Of a stretch of DNA of 64,000 nucleotides, positions 49,035-58,570 are shown piece after piece (the first letter of the stretch is position 1; each line of letters opens with the position of its first letter). The notes below the pieces were generated by a model, which ran no database searches, had not been told where the DNA came from, and saw nothing but the letters and a program-made list of their open reading frames with translations. The stretch is taken from positions 1 to 64,000 of the IMG/VR virus record IMGVR_UViG_3300047471_000466; one strand, given 5' to 3'. Source of the DNA: a virus. The translations under genes were made by a program, and so were the position numbers.

Positions 49035-51209
49035 ATGAAAGTAGCAGATTATGGTGGTAGTCCTACTCAAGCTACGCCGTTTGAAACTGCGAAGATAGGT
49101 CTGGCGAAGTCGCGGGAAGGTCAGTTGATGATCTTGAACGTGCTTTCCAGCACTTTGTATTCGGATAAGATTTCGGCAGTGTGGCGGGAGTACGGATGCA
49201 ACGGCGTAGATGCGAACATAGAAGTAGGCAAAGCAGACGTTCCAATTAAGATCGTCCTGCCCACTACTGTTTCGCCTACGGCAATCATTCGTGATTATGG
49301 AACCGGCATATCGAAAGAAGATATGTTGGGGCGGTTCCTGTGGATGGGTGAATCCACTAAACGAAATAGCAATGCAGTGACGGGAATGCTTGGTATTGGC
49401 CGGATGTCAGGTTTGGCTTACGGAGATTCATTCCTAGTCGTGTCTTATACAAACGGCACGAAGATAACATACAATATCTATCGTGATCAGGGTGTCCCTG
49501 CGATGGCCGTGATGCACGAAGATAAAACCGATGAACCGGATGGACTGGAAATCAAAGTCCCAGTTCGTCGGGAAGATATCAACACTTTTGCACAACGGGC
49601 AGAGAAAACCTTTCGATATTTCAAAGTCCGTCCGGAAGTAAAAGGCGGAACGATAGATTGGAAAAGTTCGGAACCCAAGTTCAAAGGAAACGGTTGGGCC
49701 ATAACTGGAACCGGCGAATCTGTCGCAGTTATGGGTAATGTGGGTTACGCGATTGACCGATACTCTCTGAGTGTTGGGGGGAGCCTAGAGGAAATATTAG
49801 CACAGGGCGCAATCCTGTATTTTGATATTGGCGAACTTGAGATTACCGCCAACCGGGAAGGGCTGCAGTATAAAGGCAAGACTATTCCGGCGATCAAAGA
49901 GAAGTTGAAAATTCTTTCCGATGAACTGGCGGCGACAATTACCCAGACCATTGCCTCTGCGTCGTCTTATTGGGATGCGAAGAAAGCTTTTGGTGTGGCG
50001 TTTGAACACGGTGGAAGTAATCAATTCTATGGTAGTGGATTGTCGAATATTGTATCCAACAAAGTAACTTGGAACGGCATTCCCGTTAAGACGGGGCGGT
50101 TTAAGATACTGAATGATCTGGGGAAAGACGGCAATCCGGACCCAGAGATTGGTGTTACTCTCTACGACAAATCAAACTGGCGAAGAACGGTAAAACGAAA
50201 TCCGAATCCTGAAATGATTTTCGCCAATGATAAAAACTTCTTGGTGGAGAACGATCTCCCGAAGAAAGGGCCGTCGCCAGCAAGAGTAAAACAGTATTTC
50301 ACAGATCATCCGGATGTGGTAGCATTAGCGGTTTTAACCTTCGACACCGACAAAGCGAAAGATCGGTATTGGAAGGCGAGACATTTGGACGGTGCGCCGA
50401 TACTTCTGTTGTCCACGTTTCCGAAACCTGCGCCGATTCCAAATGTGGCGGGGAAAACAGGGCCGTATAATTCCAAGTATTCCGCAAGGGCGTTTGTCTT
50501 GGACGAAGGCACAACATCTTCTCGAATGTCTTATCAAAAAGATAAATGTTCGGATTGGTGGAAGCAGGAATCGGTGGATAAGAACGCTGGTGGAGTTTAT
50601 GTTGTAATTGACAAATTCGAAATTAAGAATCCAGCAGGATATACTGAGGTTCCTCGAAGTATCCTAACGCACGTCGCGTCATGGCGAACAGCGGGATTGC
50701 TGACAACGCCGCTATATGGATTCAAGGAAGACAAAGTGGCGAAGTTGGGGCCGAAGTGGGTTAAGTTGCAGGATCATTTGGCGGCTAAATTGGCCAATGT
50801 AATGATGTGGCCCACTGCAGCCAAGGACCTTGCAGAATATTTCGCTGCTGCCAAGTATGACGGCTTCATTGATGCCAAGCATAAAAAGTTACTGCCCGCT
50901 AATTGTTCGGCGGCACAGTTGATCGCGACCAGAGAAATGTGGCTGGGAGTGAAACATAACGAGATTTACAAAGTTCTGTATTCACACCAGAATTCCAGAT
51001 TTCTAAAGCTGCCCGCCATAAAGTCCTCGGGGGTATTCGATTATGAGAAATTTGAAAAGAGCGTTAAGATGCGGTATCCTTTACTGGATTTGCTGGCGCG
51101 GCATATTGTTCTTGCCTCCGACACGAAAATATTTCAACCAATTGCAGATTACATTAATTTGATAGAAAAAGATTTCGGGAGCAGAACTCCCACAAAACAG
51201 AAAGTATAA
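49035..51209 (+). CDS. rIIA: rIIA-like protein with GHKL ATPase domain
   Basis: LYSDKI.A..RE...N..DA, IRDYGTG, STK..SN...G.LGIG, NREGL. Confidence 0.85.
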   Translation: MKVADYGGSPTQATPFETAKIGLAKSREGQLMILNVLSSTLYSDKISAVWREYGCNGVDANIEVGKADVPIKIVLPTTVSPTAIIRDYGTGISKEDMLGRFLWMGESTKRNSNAVTGMLGIGRMSGLAYGDSFLVVSYTNGTKITYNIYRDQGVPAMAVMHEDKTDEPDGLEIKVPVRREDINTFAQRAEKTFRYFKVRPEVKGGTIDWKSSEPKFKGNGWAITGTGESVAVMGNVGYAIDRYSLSVGGSLEEILAQGAILYFDIGELEITANREGLQYKGKTIPAIKEKLKILSDELAATITQTIASASSYWDAKKAFGVAFEHGGSNQFYGSGLSNIVSNKVTWNGIPVKTGRFKILNDLGKDGNPDPEIGVTLYDKSNWRRTVKRNPNPEMIFANDKNFLVENDLPKKGPSPARVKQYFTDHPDVVALAVLTFDTDKAKDRYWKARHLDGAPILLLSTFPKPAPIPNVAGKTGPYNSKYSARAFVLDEGTTSSRMSYQKDKCSDWWKQESVDKNAGGVYVVIDKFEIKNPAGYTEVPRSILTHVASWRTAGLLTTPLYGFKEDKVAKLGPKWVKLQDHLAAKLANVMMWPTAAKDLAEYFAAAKYDGFIDAKHKKLLPANCSAAQLIATREMWLGVKHNEIYKVLYSHQNSRFLKLPAIKSSGVFDYEKFEKSVKMRYPLLDLLARHIVLASDTKIFQPIADYINLIEKDFGSRTPTKQKV

Positions 51210-51974
51210 ATGGTCCCACATATAAAAACAGATGAAGCGTTGACGGCGATCATTGGTAGCAAGGCGTATACAATTACGTCTGATAATCCGTCCTATACGC
51301 AGGTATGGGATGCGATTGCTAACGACGAGCCGGATTACGAGATCGTCGAATTGTTCAATCAAGCGACGGCAGTTAAGCGGTATTTCCAAGGTGACGGCAT
51401 CGAGGTTACCGACGATAACGAACTGTTCTTCAACGGAGAACGGATTCATAACGTAGCGGTAGATCGAATCTTCGACTTTATGTCGAAAGGTCTGCCGTAT
51501 CAGCCGTTGCTGAAGTTCCTGCAACGGTTGCAGGCTAATCCGAGTCGAACCTCGGTAGAGGAATTGTATAAGTTCCTTGAGCATAAAGCGTTGCCTATCA
51601 CTGAGGACGGGTTCGTTCTCGGTTACAAAGGCGTAACCAGCGATTACAAAGATGTTCACACGAACACTTTCAACAACCGTCCAGGTGCGAAGAACTCGAT
51701 GCCTCGGAATGGTGTTGACGATAATCGCCGTAATCATTGCTCGTCTGGATTCCATATCGGTTCGCTGGAATACGCGACCCATTGGGGTAACCGAGTAGTG
51801 ATTGTGAAATTCGATCCCGCCGATGCAGTGTCGGTTCCAGAGGATTCGGATTGTCAGAAACTCCGAGTATGTAGGTATGAAGTGGTGTGTGATTACGAGG
51901 GACCATTGCCTCGTCCGTTGCACTCCTCTAACGACCCATACGAGGACGACATCGACCACTCGTTCGACTACTAA
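51210..51974 (+). CDS. rIIB: rIIB-like protein
   Basis: NPS....EELY.FL, ITEDG...GYK, MPR..VDD....CS.G.H, DP.D.VSVP, K.RVC.Y.V. Confidence 0.88.
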   Translation: MVPHIKTDEALTAIIGSKAYTITSDNPSYTQVWDAIANDEPDYEIVELFNQATAVKRYFQGDGIEVTDDNELFFNGERIHNVAVDRIFDFMSKGLPYQPLLKFLQRLQANPSRTSVEELYKFLEHKALPITEDGFVLGYKGVTSDYKDVHTNTFNNRPGAKNSMPRNGVDDNRRNHCSSGFHIGSLEYATHWGNRVVIVKFDPADAVSVPEDSDCQKLRVCRYEVVCDYEGPLPRPLHSSNDPYEDDIDHSFDY

Positions 51975-51991
51975 GATTAGCTAACCAAGGT

Positions 51992-52025
51992 AGGACGACG
52001 GGTCCAAATCCCGTCGTCCTCTTTT
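51992..52025 (+). terminator. Rho-independent terminator
   Basis: AGGACGACGGG-loop-CCCGTCGTCCT followed by CTTTT, after the rIIB stop. Confidence 0.65.
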
Positions 52026-52697
52026 AACAAAAGGAGAACCAAATGAACGAATGGGACGTAATCAAGGAATTACGAGAAGCTCTAACGGACGCGAGAGATC
52101 ATTTACAGTATTGCGGATACGGTGATAAATGGGAAAGAGAGTGCGCTCAATCAGCTAAACTCCCCCAACAAATTCAAAAGGCGATAGATAAAGCCGATGA
52201 ATTTTTAGCACAATGAGCGATCAATTTTCGACACCACAATGTCGTCCAACAGATTTGTTCCTTTCAGGAATGAATAAATCCGAAAGGGCAAAGTTAATCA
52301 GTAAGCCTTGGGGCATGGCAGACGTGATGCGAGAGAAAAAAGCAGCAGAGAAACGAAAGGAGATTGTAGCGAAGTGGCGAGAAAGAAACAGAAAAAAGTA
52401 GAGCCGTTGAAATATTTACGTTATCCAGATCGATTTAGAAAAGAGTACCGAGTTTGTGTTGAAGTAATAACAACTGGATGGGTGGACGCTTGGGACGAAG
52501 TTCAAGAAAAACTTCCGGAAGGAAAGGTGATATGGGTAGAAGAAACTTAAAGAAGGGGGATTCTGTTCTAGCCGCGGCAGCGGCCACATACTGGAGCGAT
52601 GAACTATTAATGCTCACCGTGCTTGAAGCATGTATAACTGAACAAGTGCTTCCCGCTAAAAATTCGCCGTGTCACAAAAGACTAAGAAAGATTATTC

Positions 52698-53270
52698 GTG
52701 AAGCTAAAAGAAATAAAACCCACAGAAGTCACTAACTTCAAACGCTCACAAGCGGAACTGGAGTTGTTCTGGATTTACTGTTTATGTGTAGCCGGAAAGA
52801 ACGCGGATAACACCGCGAGAGTAGTTAACAAACTATTCCACGGCAAGAAAGAAACACCGTTTCAATATCTTCGGAAGAATCTTGTAGACTTGCACAATAT
52901 TCTGGTTGCGCATCGAGTAGGCCAGTATACTCGCCTTGAACAGGCGATTACTAAAAGTCTGGACCTCAATCTTAGAACTTGCAGCGTCGAGGACATGATG
53001 AAGATTCACGGAGTGGGAAACAAAACCAGCCGGTTCTTTATCCTTCATTCCCGAGAGAATGCCGATCATTGTGTGTTGGATATTCATATTCTGAAGTGGC
53101 TGCGAGACCGTTGGAAATTGGATAACATTCCTACTAACACGCCGCAGAACGACCAAGACTACGCAAGGTTGGAAAACATAACCAAGAATTTAATGAAAGC
53201 AGATTACCCAGATTTATCGTTAGCGGAAGCTGACCTATTGATTTGGGGAGAACAGAGTAACAGATTATGA
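52698..53270 (+). CDS. HhH-family DNA glycosylase-like protein (Ogg-like)
   Basis: GVGNKTSRFF helix-hairpin-helix, VLDIHIL, Y..LE, ADL.IW. Confidence 0.75.
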   Translation: MKLKEIKPTEVTNFKRSQAELELFWIYCLCVAGKNADNTARVVNKLFHGKKETPFQYLRKNLVDLHNILVAHRVGQYTRLEQAITKSLDLNLRTCSVEDMMKIHGVGNKTSRFFILHSRENADHCVLDIHILKWLRDRWKLDNIPTNTPQNDQDYARLENITKNLMKADYPDLSLAEADLLIWGEQSNRL

Positions 53271-53542
53271 AAGGAAAGAAAGTGAAAAAGAAAATTAAGA
53301 AAAAGAAACCAGTGAACGTAATGCGAAACAAGAACAAGAGATTCCCGTTTCAAGATACCTTTGCGTCCAAAACCAAGGGATTCGGGCATTCGAGGGGGAA
53401 ATGAAAAAACCCAAATTAAAGCCGTTTAAAGTGAATGTTACGATAGAGGTGCATGAAAAAAATTGGATAGCGGCGTGGGATTTTGTTGAAAGAAAATTAG
53501 GAGGAGAAATTGTTTGGGTAGAGGAGAGTAATCCGGAAAAAG

Positions 53543-54241
53543 ATGAAACTATTAAGCGTTGGAAATGATGCAAAAACAATTAAAGGAGAGAAGAAAGGGT
53601 ATCTTACTGGTATTTTATATCTCGCTCCTGCTAACGTGGCAGGTAGCCGCAGCGTATGTCCGTTCTCGACTGCTGGTTGTAGGCGGGTATGTCTTTATAC
53701 TGCTGGTCGTGGCGGCTTCAACGTGGTTCAGCGAGCAAGAATCCGAAAGACGAAAGAGTGGCTCGAACACCCGAAGGAATTCCTTGCGACCCTCGAACAG
53801 GATATTAAGGCGCTGATAAAACAAGCGGAGAAGAGAAGCCTGATACCGGCGGTGCGGTTGAATGGGACTTCGGATATTCAGTGGGAGAACTACGGAATCA
53901 TGGAGAAATTTCCCGATCTGCAGTTCTATGATTATACAAAGTTTCCAAGCAATCGTCGGTGTGGCTTGCCAAAGAACTATCACCTGACTTACTCGCTCTC
54001 CGAGCGCAAGAACGCTATTGAACAGGCGATAGGCTGGAAGGTTCGCGGGGCAAACACCGCCGTTGTATTCTTTGGGGCGCTGCCCACAACCTTCACTTTA
54101 GATTTCGAGATCGATCTTCAAGTGATAAATGGAGATGAGTCAGACTTGAGATTCACAGACCCGCATCCTTGTATTGTTGGGTTGAAAGTAAAAGGAAAAG
54201 CTAGAAAGGATGATGGAGATGGATTCGTCCACAAAAATTAG
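53543..54241 (+). CDS. Gp88-like Cys-rich protein (radical-SAM-like fold suspected)
   Basis: CP....GC...CL, VRLNGTSD, FYDYTK, NYHLTYS, GDESDLRF. Confidence 0.65.
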   Translation: MKLLSVGNDAKTIKGEKKGYLTGILYLAPANVAGSRSVCPFSTAGCRRVCLYTAGRGGFNVVQRARIRKTKEWLEHPKEFLATLEQDIKALIKQAEKRSLIPAVRLNGTSDIQWENYGIMEKFPDLQFYDYTKFPSNRRCGLPKNYHLTYSLSERKNAIEQAIGWKVRGANTAVVFFGALPTTFTLDFEIDLQVINGDESDLRFTDPHPCIVGLKVKGKARKDDGDGFVHKN

Positions 54242-54515
54242 AACTTGTCCGGTAGGAATAGAGATTGCAATGCACTTGTATTATTCCCCGAATCCCAGTT
54301 CGTTCGAGGGAACACTAGCCTTCGATAGTGTAATTGAAGACTTGGGAAAAGCTGGAATCGTAGAATGGGCTACTGCGTCTGGAAGTTGGGAGTCTGCTTG
54401 GCGATTAACGGCAAAAGGGAAAGCATGGGTGGAGTTAATCTGCCATACGCCGTATCCAATTCATAGTACAATTTGGAAGGACCCAAGAACAAATGAGAGT
54501 ATTAGTAGCATGTGA
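54210..54515 (+). CDS. Hypothetical winged-helix-like protein
   Basis: L...GIV...WRLTAKG. Confidence 0.5.
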   Translation: MMEMDSSTKIRTCPVGIEIAMHLYYSPNPSSFEGTLAFDSVIEDLGKAGIVEWATASGSWESAWRLTAKGKAWVELICHTPYPIHSTIWKDPRTNESISSM

Positions 54516-55098
54516 ATCTTCAGGAGTCGTGCGGGAAGCTTTCCGGAAGAAAGGGCACGATACTTGGAGTTGTGATATTCTCCCATCAGACGATAACTCG
54601 AAGCGTCATTATCAATGTGATGTGCTTCATGTGTTAGAAACTGAAAAATGGGACCTTATGATAGCGCATCCTCCCTGCACTTATCTGTGCAACTCCGGAG
54701 TGAGTTGGTTATGGCACGATGGAAAAATTCAAGGGTGGAATGTTGTGAGAGAAACCGCAATGATCAAAGCCTGTAATTTCTTTAAGGCGCTAATGAATGC
54801 CGCCATTCCGAAGATAGCAATCGAAAATCCTATACAACATAAGTATGCTCGATCACTTATCGGGAGAAGCTATGACCAAATCATTCAACCTTATCAGTTC
54901 GGGCATCCTGAGCGCAAGGCTACTTGTCTCTGGCTAAAGAACTTGCCCAAGTTAACGCCTACTTGTATAGTTCCTTTACCTATGGATAAGAAAAAAGCGC
55001 AACGATTGCATTGGCTTCCGCCGTCGAAAGACAGGTGGAAGATACGATCAAAAACCTTCGAGGGCATAGCAAAAGCTTTTGCAGATCAGTGGGGTTAA
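54493..55098 (+). CDS. Short C5-cytosine DNA methyltransferase-like protein
   Basis: VLVACE.SG, SCDI, DLMIAHPPC, IENP, K.TCLWL, RSKTF.GIA.A.A.QWG. Confidence 0.75.
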   Translation: MRVLVACESSGVVREAFRKKGHDTWSCDILPSDDNSKRHYQCDVLHVLETEKWDLMIAHPPCTYLCNSGVSWLWHDGKIQGWNVVRETAMIKACNFFKALMNAAIPKIAIENPIQHKYARSLIGRSYDQIIQPYQFGHPERKATCLWLKNLPKLTPTCIVPLPMDKKKAQRLHWLPPSKDRWKIRSKTFEGIAKAFADQWG

Positions 55099-55490
55099 GA
55101 TTAGCCTTGTTATGCTTGATGTTATCCTCCTGTGAAGCAGTGCCGAAACAAACAAGTAACAAGAAAGGGATGGCGAGAGTAACATTTTACAACAAACATG
55201 AAGATAAATACGGAAATAAAATTGCTAGTTCAAACACTCGTAGAGCTAGACGGGGCCGCACAATTGCTGCGGAAAAGTCATTCCCATTTGGCACAGTTAT
55301 ACAAATACCTTGGCTCGCAAAAATCCTGGGAAGTTCCCGATATGTTGTCGAAGATAGGGGATCTGCGATTAATTCTCGACGAGCGTCTGGAGGAAAGACT
55401 CCGGTCTTCGACATTTACACCGACTCCAAGAAAGAAACAAACCGTCTCGCGGCGATAGTGCCGCCTTACTTACCTTATGAAATACAATAA
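55011..55490 (+). CDS. 3D-domain (lytic transglycosylase-like) lipoprotein
   Basis: LSSC lipobox-like; VTFY, TIAA...FPFGT...IP, VEDRGSAI, FDIY; true start probably near 55089-55110. Confidence 0.7.
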   Translation: MASAVERQVEDTIKNLRGHSKSFCRSVGLRLALLCLMLSSCEAVPKQTSNKKGMARVTFYNKHEDKYGNKIASSNTRRARRGRTIAAEKSFPFGTVIQIPWLAKILGSSRYVVEDRGSAINSRRASGGKTPVFDIYTDSKKETNRLAAIVPPYLPYEIQ

Positions 55491-57740
55491 ATTCTGGACG
55501 ATAACTTCAGAACATACAACACATACAAACGATAGAAGCACGAGATTCGAAAATTATTCTGACGCAGCTGCCGCGGCTTCTCGAAGACTACAAGATAATC
55601 AAAACGTAACTGGTGTTATACTCTTGGAGTCCGTTGCTTTAGTTCGTCGAACTGCGCCCCCAATAGAAATCGTTGTACTGTGAGCGCAGGATGGAACGCT
55701 TATACCGGACCGCACGACTCAATTTACGCACCGTCACAAGTACCAATTTATGAAAAAACCAACAAAACAACTAGTAAAAGTATTCAACGTAATGACAGAC
55801 TGCAGGTGGCACACACTCGCAGCAGTAGGAAGAAGAATCGGCGCTCCGACGCAGAGCGTCTCAGCGCGACTTCGAGACCTTCGTAAGAAAGCATATGGTA
55901 GTAATAGAGTGGATAGACAGGAACGTGGCACAGTATTTGTATACCGCTTGGGTTGAGTTTTTACTCTGGCGATGGAAGCGTCAGCACAAAAGAGCCTGTG
56001 CAATCTTGGCGCAAGAATTCAATAAAGCAATGGAACAAAAATACAAAGAGGAATACTTAAAATTAGTAAATGAAAATAAACCTATACAACGACGGTAGTT
56101 ATACAGTAGATCATGGTTGGAAGGCAGCATCTTTTCCGCCAGCAGCAAAAAGCTATGCTTATTATTTCCCAGATTCAACGAACCAATATCACATCGGGTA
56201 TAATTCTGAAGATGTAGGTAGAGAGGCAGAAGACGCCCGTAGAATTCCTTTCATCTGGAAAACCGATAACGGTAGGCTATATCTAGTCGAAGATATGGCC
56301 ACGCCTCATTTGATCAACGCCATTAATATGATTTGGGGTAATGTTTTGGGAACTAGGAACGAACGTTCTTATATCAAAAATTGGGATTCTCTTTACATAG
56401 ACCGAGCGATCAAAGAGTTTAGTAAAGAACTCCTGACTCGGGTTAGGGAAGCGTGATTAAATTCCTGCTTTGGCTCTATGGATTCAGGTTCGTAGTGGTT
56501 CAAGGCAGTGCCGTATTCATGGCCCTCGATGAGAGGGCCTTGAACGGCGCTGTTCGAGATTATGTGGATTTGTTAGACAATGGAGGCGATGAGATTTCCC
56601 CGATAGGAAAAGAGTGTTATCCCGGAATTCTTCACGCCCAAACTACAAAAGGAAAGTGTTTGATTTGTAAATGAGAACTGAAATAGGGAAAATTAATAGT
56701 ATTTCCTTCGGACACGGGGGATATCAAGACGCCATGATCGGAGTTACGTTTGATCTTGGCGGGAAAGCTTGGGGCGTTGGAGATTTCTGGGGAACTTGGT
56801 CGATGAAACGAAGTGAGAGTTGCCAGTGGACAGAAGCGGATAGGATTAAAATACTAGGCGAGACAGTTATGAAGCTCAATAAGCTTCTCGAAGAAGCAAA
56901 GGTTTCCGATTTAAAGGATTTAAAAGACGTTCCTGTGGAAGTCTCCTTTGAAAATAACACTTTGAAAAGTTGGAGAATCCTCACAGAGGTTATATGAAGA
57001 AAGAACGTAAACCATTCTGTGTCGTATGTGGAGCGAAAAATAGAAACAGATTCCAAGATACCTGTGACTCTATCTGCACTCGCGCCAGTCACGGCAGCAA
57101 AGATCGTGGAAGGCAGATTGAATTGGAGATTAAATCGGAGTGGCGAAAGCCGATTCCGATACGATCAACCCGCACTACTCGGGGGGAGATCGAGTATAAC
57201 CGGCCTTATATGGTAGATACAATATGATCAAGCTAGCATGTGTAATAATAATCTGCTTCACTGTGATGATGGGCTTCGGCCTGTGGCTAGTGGACAGGAA
57301 AGAAGAACGAGTACTAAAATTCAACCAATTCCTAATGGAAAATCATTTATGGCAACCACCTTCGAAGAATACTGGGATACCGTCGGTTCCCGAGAAGATA
57401 TAGCAGATCACAAAGAACGAGCTAGACGGGCGTGGGAGGCCGGTTGGTTCGCAGGAGAATGGGCCTACTCAGGGCAACCCAAACCAGTAGTTTACGTAAC
57501 TCAAGAACGATACCCAATGATAGGATGAAAAAGCAAACCAGTAAAGAAGTAACAGGATGGAAACATCCGCCGTCAGGATGGTTTCCTCAAATCGGATTGG
57601 ACTATCAAATCCGCGGCGGGCAAACGTTGAAGGATTACGTCGCTAATGAACTGCCGCAACAGGAACTTGCTCCAATGAAACGAAAGACAGGGAAAATCAA
57701 ACGAAAGAAAGTGAAGGGCAAATGGATATCGATAGTATAA
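55477..57740 (+). other. Run of hypothetical genes (55477-55683, 55895-56098, 56070-56456, 56453-56674, 56671-56997, 56994-57227, 57238-57528, 57525-57740)
   Basis: Coupled plus-strand ORFs. Confidence 0.55.
55750..55956 (+). CDS. Winged-HTH DNA-binding protein
   Basis: W.TL.......G....SVSARLRDLRK. Confidence 0.7.
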   Translation: MKKPTKQLVKVFNVMTDCRWHTLAAVGRRIGAPTQSVSARLRDLRKKAYGSNRVDRQERGTVFVYRLG

Positions 57741-57942
57741 TCGAGGCAGCACAACAGGTCTCCTATGAATATGGCTGTCATGGAAACCACGATAGCGATT
57801 TAATATCAAACGCCTTTGAAAGATTTGTATTTTATCTTGAACAAACAAGGCGACAGAAAGAGAAAGAGCACTATGTGGATGGAATTCCTCTATAGGCAAC
57901 CACTCGTTAGGCCTAGAAAATAAAAAAATTTCCTACGGGGAT

Positions 57943-58383
57943 TTAGAGAGGGTACTGATTATTGAGATGTCTTTGTCTATCTCTGCATCCGCAGTCCTGA
58001 CCTATTGTAGCCTTGTACCAAGACTTAAATGCGTCGCCCCCCACTGGACCAATGGTTCTGGCGATAATATCGCCAAGGCCTCGGTCGCCTTCTTTGGCAA
58101 GAGCTTTAAAGGGCAACAAGTATACGGGCCATGAAATCGGACGCGTCGGGGAACATAATCTTCTTTGATCGTCTTCGGATAGATGTTGGCACAGCCAGTC
58201 CTCTACTTCGTCAGCTAGAGTTGCGAAGGGTGGGTTGATGGCGGGTAGATTCATGTTCTTACGGTGCTGCATGATCTTAGGAAGAACTTGTTCGAATGTT
58301 ATTCCTGTCATCCAGTAATTAGTGCTTGCCTCCTGAAAACGCCAACCCAGCGGCGGCGCGGTCAGTAAATCATTTAGTTTCAC
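57943..58383 (-). CDS. Hypothetical protein with C-terminal CGC..RQ..LN motif
   Basis: 146 aa; RGLGD...CGC.DRQ..LN. Confidence 0.65.
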   Translation of the reverse strand: MKLNDLLTAPPLGWRFQEASTNYWMTGITFEQVLPKIMQHRKNMNLPAINPPFATLADEVEDWLCQHLSEDDQRRLCSPTRPISWPVYLLPFKALAKEGDRGLGDIIARTIGPVGGDAFKSWYKATIGQDCGCRDRQRHLNNQYPL

Positions 58384-58402
58384 AATTTATGAAAGTATAT
58401 CA

Positions 58403-58570
58403 ATGAAAACAATACCATGGATCTGTCTCTTTGGAATCATATTTCCTTGGGGGTGGCTCCTATCTTATTTAGGTGTAGTCGGTGCGTTAGCCGGATTCGG
58501 TTACCAATGTTTGGCGTGGGTTGGCGTGGTCTGCATCATGGCCTTCTCTAAGGTGAACAAAACTTATTGA
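58403..58570 (+). CDS. Small hydrophobic membrane protein (55 aa)
   Basis: MKTIPWICLFGIIFPWGWLLSYLGVVG... fills the gap between two minus-strand genes. Confidence 0.45.
   Translation: MKTIPWICLFGIIFPWGWLLSYLGVVGALAGFGYQCLAWVGVVCIMAFSKVNKTY

Noticed and set aside
51081-51959. 292-aa minus-strand ORF
   Set aside because: Antisense shadow of rIIB
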